From positions 1-60,069 of the forward strand of contig JBFGJG010000028.1 of NCBI GenBank assembly GCA_041577295.1: a stretch of DNA of 60,069 nucleotides, read 5' to 3'. Positions 48,380 through 58,152 of the stretch are shown here, piece by piece; position 1 is the stretch's first letter, and the number at the start of each line of letters is the position of its first letter. Both the position numbers and the translations under genes were made by a program. The notes under the pieces are model-generated. The model was given only the letters and a program-made list of their open reading frames with translations. It ran no database searches and was not told where the DNA came from. This DNA comes from Gemmatimonadales bacterium. GTDB lineage: Bacteria > Gemmatimonadota > Gemmatimonadetes > Gemmatimonadales > GWC2-71-9.

Positions 48380-49831
48380 CTAGCCCCCCAACTCCACCAT
48401 CTGCTCGACAACTCCCGCCTTGTCGACCACGACGTCGATTTCCCGTACCGGTCTTCCTTCCAGCCGCACGGCCTGGATTCGCACGCGATAGCGACCCGGC
48501 GACAAGGTGAACTCGGAGGGGTTGGAGACGGCACGCGTGTACGTGCGACTCTGATCCACCTGGCTTCCGGTTACCGCATCGCGGATCTGGACGACCGCAT
48601 CGACGAGCTCGCCACCCGCCACTGCGCCGATCCGCAGCGTGCCGCTGGAAAACTCATGTGTCCGGTCTGCGCGCTGGCTGCCCCTCACGCTCACATTCTC
48701 GAAACGCGCCTCCGGTCTCCCCGCAATCTCGACCGATCGCACCACGACGTCGTACGTCGCGGCGGTAAGCTCGAGTACCATCGGATTGGTTCCGGATCCC
48801 GTATAGGTGCGCCCGCCCGCCACGCGCTCCTGTGTCCCCGCGCGATACACATCGACCGTGGCGTCTGACAGCTCACCGTTCCGCATGATGTGGATGCCGA
48901 GTTCGCCCGCGCGGAAATCGGCGATGAGTTCTCGCACCGAATCCGCGGGAACTTCCACCGCCTCGAATCGCGTGCTCACATTGCCGCGCAGACCGATCGC
49001 GCGGGCCTCCACGTCGTAGGTGCCAGGGGGAAGGGGGATAACGCGAGGGTTGGTGGCTGACGTGGCGTACGTGCGGCTGCTGGCCACCTCGTCGTCCGAA
49101 CCCGGAGGGAGCACACGCACGAGCGCATCCTGCAGTCCGCCCTCGGCGATTGCCCGCACGGAGAGTCGGCCTGCTGGCATCTCCGCCGGGATTGCCACGG
49201 CCTGATCCAACGCGCCGGCAAGTCCATCGGCGTCTTCCGCGCTGAGATAGAGCCCACCGCCCGCTTGCGCCGCGCATTCCAGGCCCGAGACGTCGGCCTC
49301 CGCCACGTCAAACCCGATCACATGCATGATGAAATCGACACCATCCGCCCTAGCCGAGTGAATCGTCTCGCACGCGTCACCGCCACAGGTCTCGATGCCG
49401 TCGCTGACCAGCACGATGGTTGTGGGCCCGTCCTGGGTTCGCGCAAGGTCGATCGCCTCCCGAACCGCACCATTGATGGGCGTTTTTCCCTTCGGGTTGA
49501 TGGCGTCGATCCGACCTGCGACAATGCCGGAGTCGAGCGCTCCCACCGGAACGACGGTTTCGATATCCTCGCAGTCGCCCTCACGACGATGTCCATACGC
49601 CACCAACCCAACCTCCGTCTCGCTCGTAAGGTCCCCCAACAGATCTTTCAGAACTCGACGCGCAATCACGATCTTGTTCTCTCCCTCGATCTGCCCCCAC
49701 ATCGAGCCGGAAGCATCCATGATGAGAAGGAGGCGGTGCGGTGAGGTGGTGGTCTCGGTTTGTGCTCCGACGGGTGTCGAAACGACCGCAAGGCTGAGCA
49801 GGGCGCCCGCAAGACACATTGTGTGCTTCAT
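48380..49831 (-). CDS. Secreted VWA-domain protein with three 88-aa C-terminal repeats
   Basis: MIDAS DASGSM, GKTP, SDGIETC. SD GGAGG before ATG 49831. Confidence 0.88.
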   Translation of the reverse strand: MKHTMCLAGALLSLAVVSTPVGAQTETTTSPHRLLLIMDASGSMWGQIEGENKIVIARRVLKDLLGDLTSETEVGLVAYGHRREGDCEDIETVVPVGALDSGIVAGRIDAINPKGKTPINGAVREAIDLARTQDGPTTIVLVSDGIETCGGDACETIHSARADGVDFIMHVIGFDVAEADVSGLECAAQAGGGLYLSAEDADGLAGALDQAVAIPAEMPAGRLSVRAIAEGGLQDALVRVLPPGSDDEVASSRTYATSATNPRVIPLPPGTYDVEARAIGLRGNVSTRFEAVEVPADSVRELIADFRAGELGIHIMRNGELSDATVDVYRAGTQERVAGGRTYTGSGTNPMVLELTAATYDVVVRSVEIAGRPEARFENVSVRGSQRADRTHEFSSGTLRIGAVAGGELVDAVVQIRDAVTGSQVDQSRTYTRAVSNPSEFTLSPGRYRVRIQAVRLEGRPVREIDVVVDKAGVVEQMVELGG

Positions 49832-50033
49832 GATTCCTCCCTTTTGACGCGTCCTGCGAGCTGGCGGCACTCCCATGACGGATTCGATTCGTGATCTCCC
49901 TAACAATTTTCATGTGCGATCCGTCACCGTCCACCCGATTGTGACAGACGTCGCTGTAGTCCTGTCCCGACACTGATAGCTTGCCCGCCCGCCTGAAAAC
50001 GGTATGGGGCGAGAACTCTGTCAGGAGGACGGC

Positions 50034-50726
50034 ATGAAACGTTTCGTCATCGGCATGGCAACCGCGGGGTTGGCACTCTGCTTCGGCACTCCGGTCGAGG
50101 CCCAGCTTCACGGATACCCTGTGTACGCGTGGACGGCAGGATCCGGCTTCACTTTGAGTGGCGACTTCGGTCGCGGTCTTAACGACGCATCAGGGAAGAG
50201 CAACGCGTTTGGTGGGCGCCTTGGAATCACCCTGCCCATCGTCAGTGTGTGGGCGGGTGGTGGCACGGTCGATCTGCAGCAGCCCGGAGTGGGTAACGAG
50301 TTGACGTTTGGTGGCGGCGTGGCGATCAAGGTCTTCGATCCACCGCTCGTTCCTGTGGCGATCTCATTCCAGACGGGTGCCGGATATCTCGGTCAGACCA
50401 TCGATGTCCTGGGTAGCCCCGAAGACCTGAGCGCACTTAAGGTGCCCCTTGGCATCGCGTTCGCCTTCAACCCGCCAACCCCCGGCCTCACCGTTCAGCC
50501 GTGGGTCGCGCCCCGAGTGGAGTATCTCCGGACCAGCTTCGCTGGCACCTCCAACTCCAATTTCGGATTTGGTGCCTCGGCTGGGCTGAACGTCACGTTG
50601 CCGGCCGGTCTTGGCTGGCACTTCGCCGTCGATTGGATGAGCATTGGTGATCCGACCGTGCGGCCGCTGGTGTTCGGTACCGGCTTGCACTATACGATTC
50701 CACTGCCCGGCATTCCGATGATGTAA
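50034..50726 (+). CDS. Putative small outer-membrane beta-barrel protein
   Basis: SD AGGAGG, signal peptide, alternating amphipathic Gly/aromatic strands, GLHY near the C-terminus. Confidence 0.7.
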   Translation: MKRFVIGMATAGLALCFGTPVEAQLHGYPVYAWTAGSGFTLSGDFGRGLNDASGKSNAFGGRLGITLPIVSVWAGGGTVDLQQPGVGNELTFGGGVAIKVFDPPLVPVAISFQTGAGYLGQTIDVLGSPEDLSALKVPLGIAFAFNPPTPGLTVQPWVAPRVEYLRTSFAGTSNSNFGFGASAGLNVTLPAGLGWHFAVDWMSIGDPTVRPLVFGTGLHYTIPLPGIPMM

Positions 50727-50730
50727 GAGA

Positions 50731-50828
50731 AGCAGTACGCAGTAAGAAGAACGCAGTGAGCAGGCGTTGGTAGCCTGCTCACTGTTTTTTTGCCCACAGG
50801 TGACTACTCAGTACTCACTACTCGCTAC
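50731..50828. repeat. Inverted pair of heptamer arrays
   Basis: AGCAGTA/CGCAGTA/AGAAGAA/CGCAGTG and TGACTAC/TCAGTAC/TCACTAC/TCGCTAC. Confidence 0.7.
50754..50791 (+). terminator. Intrinsic terminator
   Basis: CAGTGAGCAGGC-GTTGGTA-GCCTGCTCACTG followed by T7. Confidence 0.9.
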
Positions 50829-53315
50829 TCACCGCCCTATCGGGCTTCCCGGCGGTGCCTCGAGTGGTGTGCTCGGTGACGTGATGCCCTCGGGCCGGTT
50901 GCGCCAGCGCCGAATGTCGTCGAGCGCGAGCCGTTGATGCGGGTTGCGCTCGCTTTGAGACTCCAACCAATCGCCAAGGTCGGTGATCTTGGCCTCCAGA
51001 ATAGCTCGTACCTGCGGCGTGTTCTCTCCGCTGCCGGCCTCTTGCATCATCATGTCCAGGGCAACCCGCTGCACCGTACGCGCCACCTCGGCGTGGTAGG
51101 CGTTGCGAGGCGCGGTCGCGCGCCACGTGGCTTGCATGACGCGATCGACCACCGACTCGAGTGACGGATACGACGCATCCCGGCTGTGAAACTCCACGAG
51201 CCGTGCCATCCGCTGCGGTTGAAAGACGAAGCTCAACGAGTGTTCGGCCGCCGTTCCCGCGGCGCTGAGTGGATCGAACGTGGGTGACGTCCGCTTCGCG
51301 AAGGTCTCCCCGGACGCCATGAAGAACGCCCGTGGCGGGATCATCTGCAGGATGCGTTCGGGCACCGCTAGTGCGGCGGGTGTCACCGTCTCGAGCACGG
51401 CATCGAGCGCCGCGAGTTGACGATCGGGTGACACGAGGCGGAGCGGGGTCTGACCGTCACCCCGTAACGCAAAGGTGTAGTCCACTCCCGCGATGCTCTT
51501 GGCAGCGGCTTCTACCTGGTAGCGGTGATGGAGGTAAAGCGGTACCAGCACTTCCTCGAGGCTCGCGAGCGGATCCCCGGGACGGATGGCACGCTCGGAA
51601 AACGCATCCAGTCCGATGCGCCGCACTTCCATTTCATGTCGCAGGGTCTCGATGAGGTCGTTCCCATTGTCCCACAGCGCTGCCAGCGGATGGGCGCCTC
51701 CGGCAGGCCGTGCGTCCTGGTCGGTGATGAAGCGCATGCCGCGCTGCAGCCCGTCCTGCACGATTCCCGCGAGGAACGCCGACTCGTCCGCGCCCGGCGG
51801 GGCCACGCTGTACGCCCACCTGATCGCAAACTTGTCGTACTCGCCGATCCCCACGGCATACGCATCAGAGAGATCGAGCGTTTGGTCGGGTGTGATCGTG
51901 ACGACCGGTGCCGGATAGTCCATTACGCTGGCCCGATTGTAGGTACTGGCGATGTAGTTGTGCGCGAGACCCAAGGTGTGGCCGATCTCGTGCGCGGAAA
52001 GCTGTCGTACGCGGGCGAGCGCCATCTGCACTGCGTCAGCGCCGTCGGCGATCTCGGCCAGGTAATCGAACGTGGGTCCGCCGCCAAAGTCACACACGCC
52101 AAACTCGGCGCCGACCGGCGGCACCAATCCCACACCTAGTAAGTAATCCTGCCGCAGGCGCAGACTGCCGAGGTTTACGTTTCCTTTGATGATCTCACCC
52201 GTACGCGGGTCGGTGACTGTGGAACCGTACGACCAGCCACGCGTGGATCGGTGTGTCCAGTGAATCATGTTGTAGCGGATGTCCATCGGATCTGCATCAC
52301 GCGGCAGGAGCTCCACGCGAAACGCATTGATAAAGCCCGCTTCCTCGAACGCTTGATTCCACCACGCACCACCCTCGATGAGCGCACTCCTGATCGGCTC
52401 GGGTGTTCCAGGGTCGAGGTAGTACATGATGGGGCGGATGGGCTCTGATCGTGCGGCCGCCGGGTTTCGTTTCTCGAGACGGTGACGCTCGATCCAGCGT
52501 TGCGCGAGCGGCTCGTCGATGGCGGTGGCGTAGTCATAGAAGGTGATGCCGAACGATCCCACGCGGGGATCCGCTAGTCGCGGCTTGTATCCCGGTTCGG
52601 GGAGTTGGACCAGCGAGTGGTGGACGCGGAGTGTAATGGCCTCCCCGCTGGCGGCGGTGCTGCGCACGAGCGGCCCGGGGTCATCGCTGAGAAACGTGAG
52701 CGCCACCTCGATCTCGGTGTTCCGCGGAAACGCCTTGGTACGCGGAAGGTGAAAGACGCTGCGGGAGTGCTCGAGCTTGAACGTGCCCTGACCAGTCTCT
52801 TTCAACCGTTTGGCGATTCCGTGGGAGTCTCGCAGGAAGAAGTCACTCGCGTCCACGAGAATCCTGGTTCCCGTGCGCGCCGCGATTGCGAACCCCCAGT
52901 GGGTGGAGGTGGCAAAGGCATCTCGTACGGCGCGGACCTCGAGCGAGTCCGCGCTCACGGCCCGGTAGCGGTAGTTGGGCTCGACCAGCAACACGGTCGG
53001 TCCGACGCGGCGAGCCTCCAAGATGTAGGTGTTGCCAAGCTGACCCCGATCGAGCCCCACGGGGTTGCTGCCGAGGCCGGCGGGCAGAGAGATCTGGTAG
53101 AGGAACTCAGTGTTCCATTTGTCGATCTCCCAATAGAGCTTGCCCTTGCCTTCATCCCAGTAGAGATCGAAGAATCCATCCAGGTGGGTCATCCCGCGCG
53201 TTTTGTCGGCGATCGATGGTGGCTCTCCGTCCGTTTGCTGCGCCGTCGAAACGACGGGGGACGTCACGAGGATCAAGGAAAGTCCAAGAGCGATGATGGC
53301 ATGCTGCGACATCAT
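50829..53315 (-). CDS. Secreted zinc metalloprotease (metzincin; DUF5117/DUF4953 EcxA-like)
   Basis: HEIGHTLGLAH, Met-turn SVMDYP, DPRTGEI, signal peptide. Confidence 0.9.
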   Translation of the reverse strand: MMSQHAIIALGLSLILVTSPVVSTAQQTDGEPPSIADKTRGMTHLDGFFDLYWDEGKGKLYWEIDKWNTEFLYQISLPAGLGSNPVGLDRGQLGNTYILEARRVGPTVLLVEPNYRYRAVSADSLEVRAVRDAFATSTHWGFAIAARTGTRILVDASDFFLRDSHGIAKRLKETGQGTFKLEHSRSVFHLPRTKAFPRNTEIEVALTFLSDDPGPLVRSTAASGEAITLRVHHSLVQLPEPGYKPRLADPRVGSFGITFYDYATAIDEPLAQRWIERHRLEKRNPAAARSEPIRPIMYYLDPGTPEPIRSALIEGGAWWNQAFEEAGFINAFRVELLPRDADPMDIRYNMIHWTHRSTRGWSYGSTVTDPRTGEIIKGNVNLGSLRLRQDYLLGVGLVPPVGAEFGVCDFGGGPTFDYLAEIADGADAVQMALARVRQLSAHEIGHTLGLAHNYIASTYNRASVMDYPAPVVTITPDQTLDLSDAYAVGIGEYDKFAIRWAYSVAPPGADESAFLAGIVQDGLQRGMRFITDQDARPAGGAHPLAALWDNGNDLIETLRHEMEVRRIGLDAFSERAIRPGDPLASLEEVLVPLYLHHRYQVEAAAKSIAGVDYTFALRGDGQTPLRLVSPDRQLAALDAVLETVTPAALAVPERILQMIPPRAFFMASGETFAKRTSPTFDPLSAAGTAAEHSLSFVFQPQRMARLVEFHSRDASYPSLESVVDRVMQATWRATAPRNAYHAEVARTVQRVALDMMMQEAGSGENTPQVRAILEAKITDLGDWLESQSERNPHQRLALDDIRRWRNRPEGITSPSTPLEAPPGSPIGR

Positions 53316-53364
53316 TTCCTCCCAGCGGAACCGGTGTGACTTTGAATAGTGGAGCGATGGCTGG

Positions 53365-53392
53365 ATAGTACGGGTGGCGGGAGGATTGGCAA
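53365..53392 (-). promoter_or_regulatory. Putative sigma70 promoter of the metalloprotease gene
   Basis: TTGCCA-N16-TACTAT. Confidence 0.5.
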
Positions 53393-53452
53393 GCGGGTTC
53401 GCGACAAAATTGACGGTTACTTGACGCTGCGGATATTAGAGAGAAGAGAGCT

Positions 53453-55795
53453 GTGCTTGGGATGGTCATGCTACTTCCACAGATTTTGCTCCTAGGTGCG
53501 TCGCTGGTTGGCACACCGTTCCAGGGTGTTGCAAACTACGACAGCGTCATTCGAGAGCTCAGTGACCTTCGGCCACTGACCGCCCGTACCGCGCAGGTGA
53601 CGAACCTGGTGCTGCGCCGTGACGTCGCGGAGTTTCGCCTCGAAGATGGCACTCTCCACGTCTTGAGCGCGGTGGCAGGTCGGTCGGTAGGTGTGATCTT
53701 CATTGGGCGCGGCACAGCGATCCTGAATCCCTCCATACGAGTCGAGCGCGAGCACTTGAACCGTCTCCTCGACGTTCAGCAACTCGATGCCGCATTCACA
53801 TCGCTCCTACTCCTATTCGCCGACACCACACTACATGAACTGGAGCGTCACCTCGTGTTCGAGGAGGGTGCGCTTGCCAAAGATGCGGGGAAGCGGGTGA
53901 GGGACGCGCTGGAACAGATGGTCGACCCAAAAAAGCGATCGGCAGACGTCTCCATTCTCACCGCGCTACTCAACCAGCATGAAAACGATTTGTTCTACGC
54001 TCGTTTCGAGACCCATGATCATGGACCCCTGGTTTTCAGGATCGATCCGTATCAGCCTGAATCGGTGGGGCTCTTCCGTCGAGCGAAAGGTCCAGGGAAT
54101 CACCTCGAGGTTGTGGTGCAGTCGCGGCGACAGCATGAAAAGCCCATCGAGCAGACCGACCCCCCACCCGATCTCGTCTCGGTAACGCGCTACCGAATCG
54201 ACAACACCATTGCCAACAACCTGTCCTACTCGGCGAGAGCCGAGATGGCGATTGAGTCGTTGCAGGACGACGTTCGATGGATTCCGTTCCTGCTGTTCTC
54301 AGATCTCAAAGTGGACTCCGTGTACGATGGAGCCGGTGCAGCCCTCCTCTACGCGCGGCCCGCGGAGAGCCCCTGGCTGTGGGTGCGGTTCGAGCCGGTG
54401 CTGAAGCAGGCCGAAGCACGCTTGGTGCACGTCGTGTATGGGGGCGCTCTCATCGAGCGACGCTCGCTAGTTCGTGAGATGTTCGAGGCTGCACGGCGGT
54501 CCGTGACCCAGCGGTTGGCGACCTTACCGCAGGATCAGTGGTTTTTCATCCGCTCCACCTCGACGTGGTTCCCGCGGTACGGCACGAGAGCTGAGGCTTA
54601 TCTCGATCTCACGTTCCACACCCCCAGCAAGTTGCTCTTCTCCAGTGTCGGGGATTTGGTAGAGAGGCGCGTCGACGGAGACGTGAGGACGACGAGGTGG
54701 GTGACCAGGAGACCCGAGAGTCATGCGTCGTTCAACATTGGCGACTTTGCCGAGTTCAAGGTGACTGATGAGCGGATTCCACCGGTGACGGTGCATATGG
54801 CGCTCAATGCGCATCGAGAACTCGACGCGTATTTCCTAGCTCAGAAGGACCCGCAGGAACAGGTGGCCACGGACATTGTGAACAGTCTCGCGTTTTTCAC
54901 CGACCTCTTTGGTAAGCCGGTGTTCGATAGCTTTTACGCAACGGAGATCCCGTACTCCCACGGTCAGGCGTTTCCCGGGATGATCCACCTCGCGTGGAGC
55001 ACGTTCCAGTGGACTACGGACGAGGGGTACGATGAGATGTTCCGGGCGCACGAGATGGCGCATCAATGGTGGGGGATTGGCGTCGATCCTCTGACGTATC
55101 GCGATGCGTGGCTCTCGGAGGGGTTCTCCGAGTTCTCCGGCTTGTGGTACATGCAAGTCATCCTGCGAGACAATCTCAAGTATTTCGAGCAGCTCGAGAG
55201 ATGGCGCAAGGAGCTGATCAAGCGACGGGACGACGTGGGCCCCATCTGGCTCGGTCCGCGAGTCGCTACCTCGGACGCACCGTGGGCCTACAATCTGGTG
55301 GTGTACCAAAAGGGCGCGTGGGTCGTGCACATGATACGGAATCTCATGCTCGATTTTGGCCGCTCGAGCGAAGAGGCGTTCCGCAACATGTTACGCGATT
55401 TCTACGAGACCTACCGCGGGCGACGCGCGACCACGGGCGACCTTCAGCGGATCGTGGAGCGGCACATCGGTCAACCCATGGATTGGTTCTTCGAGCAGTG
55501 GGTGCGGGGAACCGAGATTCCCGTGTATGAGTGGGCGTCGACAACGGAGCGATCGGCCGAAGGCAAGTGGCTCGTCCGGCTCCGGATCCGGCAACGACGG
55601 GTGTCGCCCGAGTTCCAGATGTACGTGCCGGTGCGGTTGGATTTTGGCGCCCAGGGGACCGCCTTCATTCGCGTGTTCGTCTCAGGAGAGGAGACGCAGG
55701 TGGAGCTTCCCCCGCTGGATCTCGAGCCCACCGCGATCGTGTTCAATCCGCTCGAGTCGGTGCTGGCTGAAGTCAAGCAGTCGAAATGGGATTAG
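53453..55795 (+). CDS. M1-family (gluzincin) metallopeptidase, secreted
   Basis: AHEMAHQWWG...WLSEG, VYQKGAWVVHM, FFEQWV. Confidence 0.9.
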   Translation: MLGMVMLLPQILLLGASLVGTPFQGVANYDSVIRELSDLRPLTARTAQVTNLVLRRDVAEFRLEDGTLHVLSAVAGRSVGVIFIGRGTAILNPSIRVEREHLNRLLDVQQLDAAFTSLLLLFADTTLHELERHLVFEEGALAKDAGKRVRDALEQMVDPKKRSADVSILTALLNQHENDLFYARFETHDHGPLVFRIDPYQPESVGLFRRAKGPGNHLEVVVQSRRQHEKPIEQTDPPPDLVSVTRYRIDNTIANNLSYSARAEMAIESLQDDVRWIPFLLFSDLKVDSVYDGAGAALLYARPAESPWLWVRFEPVLKQAEARLVHVVYGGALIERRSLVREMFEAARRSVTQRLATLPQDQWFFIRSTSTWFPRYGTRAEAYLDLTFHTPSKLLFSSVGDLVERRVDGDVRTTRWVTRRPESHASFNIGDFAEFKVTDERIPPVTVHMALNAHRELDAYFLAQKDPQEQVATDIVNSLAFFTDLFGKPVFDSFYATEIPYSHGQAFPGMIHLAWSTFQWTTDEGYDEMFRAHEMAHQWWGIGVDPLTYRDAWLSEGFSEFSGLWYMQVILRDNLKYFEQLERWRKELIKRRDDVGPIWLGPRVATSDAPWAYNLVVYQKGAWVVHMIRNLMLDFGRSSEEAFRNMLRDFYETYRGRRATTGDLQRIVERHIGQPMDWFFEQWVRGTEIPVYEWASTTERSAEGKWLVRLRIRQRRVSPEFQMYVPVRLDFGAQGTAFIRVFVSGEETQVELPPLDLEPTAIVFNPLESVLAEVKQSKWD

Positions 55796-55829
55796 CGGGA
55801 TCGGAATGTCCTTCGACGTCGAGGTATTC

Positions 55830-56591
55830 ATGACGAGGCACCGCGGTTTGAGATTGGTGTGGGCGCCGATCGTTGCTTTCGCACTCGCTGCCTGCGGCGG
55901 TGAGCCCACTAATTCGCTGGGTGCGCCGGATGAGGGTTTTCCCTCCACGACGCGCGAGCCGCCACCGGCTTCCCATTCGCAGATCCTCGTCGACGCTTCG
56001 CATGACGGTGGTGTATGGTGGTTTCCTCAGGCGGGTGAGTTCAACGCCGACGAGTACCATCAGGGCCAAGCACTGGCCGACTACTTGCGTAGTCGAGGTT
56101 TCGAGGTGGAGGAGCTGCCGCGCGGTACGCGCGTGACCGATGTGCTGCTGTCAGGCTACCGATACGTCATTCGGGCGGGTGAATTTGGCGCATACGGTTC
56201 CGACGAGCTCGAAGCCTACGCCAAATTCGTGAAACGCGGCGTCACCCTAATTCTGCTGAGTGACCACCGCAAGAACGATCCGGTGGACGAGCTTGCCGAA
56301 CAGCTTGGCGTGACGTTCGCCGGCATCGTGGATGGAACCGTTACGCGATTGGCATCGCACGCCATTACCGAGGGCGTGACGGATCTCCCGTTTATTGCGG
56401 GGGCAGCAGCGACCGGATTCGATCCGGAGCAGGTCGAGGTCCTGGGGTGGGTGGCCGACACGATCCCAGTGATGGGAATCATTCATGGACACCAGGCGAA
56501 GATCTTCTTCCTGACCGACACGAACGGCATCGAGCTCGTGCCGCAGCCTTTCGTGGACAACTTGATCGCGTGGGGGTTTTCCGAGCGCTGA
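55830..56591 (+). CDS. Hypothetical lipoprotein (alpha/beta domain)
   Basis: ATG 55830 with SD GAGG, lipobox LAAC, ILVDASHDGG. Confidence 0.7.
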   Translation: MTRHRGLRLVWAPIVAFALAACGGEPTNSLGAPDEGFPSTTREPPPASHSQILVDASHDGGVWWFPQAGEFNADEYHQGQALADYLRSRGFEVEELPRGTRVTDVLLSGYRYVIRAGEFGAYGSDELEAYAKFVKRGVTLILLSDHRKNDPVDELAEQLGVTFAGIVDGTVTRLASHAITEGVTDLPFIAGAAATGFDPEQVEVLGWVADTIPVMGIIHGHQAKIFFLTDTNGIELVPQPFVDNLIAWGFSER

Positions 56592-56817
56592 CCGGCGCTC
56601 CCTCACGAGGCGCGCTCGTCCGCGCTTTCGCGGCAGTCATCTCCTTGTTCGCAACCCTTGCTAGCCCAGACCTAAGCCAAGCCTGACCACCGCTTTGGTG
56701 GCGAAGGCGTGGTAGGGGATCCCTCCGGTCACGACCGAGAGACGGTTGGGCAACGGTTGTGGGCGATCATGGTCACGAGGGATGAAGGACGGACCTCGTG
56801 AACAGGAGAATGGCGCC

Positions 56818-57396
56818 ATGACACCATCCGCTATTGTGGCTCCGGTACCAACGGCGAGCGGGTACAGACGATTTCCCAATGTGGCACGCCGAAATTTCAT
56901 GCACGGCGTGATCGAGGTCCCGTTGATCGTTCGGCTATTCGGCCTTCCGCGTGAAGTCTCGATGCTCGAGGTGGGGTGTGGACGCGGTGTGGGCTTGTCC
57001 GCGTTGGCGCGCCTGCTGAGTCCGCGGAGGTTGGTGGGCGTCGATGTGGATGCGTGCCTACTGGCGCTCGCGCGGTCCTACCTCGCGAGCCGGGGTAACT
57101 CGGCAGAATTGCACCATGCGGACGTGCGTGCGCTACCGTTTGGAGATGGCACATTCGACGTTGTGATCGACTTCGGGACGCTGTATCACATCAGCCGTTC
57201 AGAAGCCGCGCTCGGCGAGATCGAGCGGGTGCTCGTGGCAGGTGGGTTGTTCATCTACGAGACGAAGATCAACCAGCTGCTCGGTCATCCGGTCCGGTCA
57301 AAGCATCGGTGGATACCGTGGAACGCCACAACAAACGGTGGTATGCTGCCGCTCCGGCAGGCGCTGCTGTGGGGGATGCGAGTAAAGCGGAGCTAG
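56818..57396 (+). CDS. Class I SAM-dependent methyltransferase
   Basis: MLEVGCGRG, VGVDVD, LPFGDGTFDVV, RVLVAGG. SD AGGAG before ATG 56818 (alternative start 56782). Confidence 0.88.
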   Translation: MTPSAIVAPVPTASGYRRFPNVARRNFMHGVIEVPLIVRLFGLPREVSMLEVGCGRGVGLSALARLLSPRRLVGVDVDACLLALARSYLASRGNSAELHHADVRALPFGDGTFDVVIDFGTLYHISRSEAALGEIERVLVAGGLFIYETKINQLLGHPVRSKHRWIPWNATTNGGMLPLRQALLWGMRVKRS

Positions 57397-58100
57397 AACG
57401 CGATCGACACGCGCAGCCGGGCACCGCCCCCAGGATCTGCGGCCACCCGCAGGTCAAAGTCCTTGGAGACCATCGTTTCCCACCTGACGGCAGGAATGAC
57501 GGCGCCCACGAACATGCCGAGTCCGCCGCCGCTCACGCCGCCAAGTAATGCGCCGAACAATGCGGAGTCGCTGCGCGGGGAACTGGAGTTAGTGTCGTGC
57601 GCGAGGAGTCCGATCACAACGCCGAGCGGGACGCCGCCGGCCGCGCCAAGGAATCCCCCTCTCAGCGCGCGCCACCCACCGCCCCCGATCGCTGCGCCGC
57701 CCAGCGCACCGATCCCCGCCATGAAGGCGACGAGCTCTCCGTCAATGCGCTCGTCCCCTCGCTCGATGTTCGGCGACAGACCAATGACGGCGCCGAGCGC
57801 AAGACCGATCCCCGCGCCCCGGACAGCACCGGAACTGTTGAACTTCTCCGGTCCCCGGCTGGCGTCGAGTCGATAGATGGAGTCGAGGTTGAACGCCAGC
57901 GTATCGGCCGGGGGTACCGCCATCACCACGCGGGAAGAGTTGGCGTGCACGACCGTCCCGCTGATCCACGGGCTGTGCTGATCTGTCTCTCGAACCCGGA
58001 CCAAGTACCCCGCCGGAAGAAAGGGCGACTCCTGAGCCGGCAGGGCGCTGAGGTCACCGAGAGCCGCGACGGCGAAGATGGCGAGGAGCGCGCGTTTCAT
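57393..58100 (-). CDS. Hypothetical secreted/membrane glycine-zipper protein
   Basis: Signal peptide, four GxxxG-rich hydrophobic segments. Confidence 0.7.
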   Translation of the reverse strand: MKRALLAIFAVAALGDLSALPAQESPFLPAGYLVRVRETDQHSPWISGTVVHANSSRVVMAVPPADTLAFNLDSIYRLDASRGPEKFNSSGAVRGAGIGLALGAVIGLSPNIERGDERIDGELVAFMAGIGALGGAAIGGGGWRALRGGFLGAAGGVPLGVVIGLLAHDTNSSSPRSDSALFGALLGGVSGGGLGMFVGAVIPAVRWETMVSKDFDLRVAADPGGGARLRVSIAF

Positions 58101-58152
58101 GCGACGTTCTGCTCGAGCTGCTCCAATCTACGCTTGAAGGGTCAATTAGGCG

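Noticed and set aside
49876..49927. TGACGGAT...ATCCGTCA inverted repeat between the VWA and OMP genes
   Set aside because: Only 8 bp with a long spacer; could be chance
56680..56716. REP-like palindrome CCACCGCTTTGGTGG...GAAGGC
   Set aside because: Single short copy in the window, so a repeat family cannot be supported
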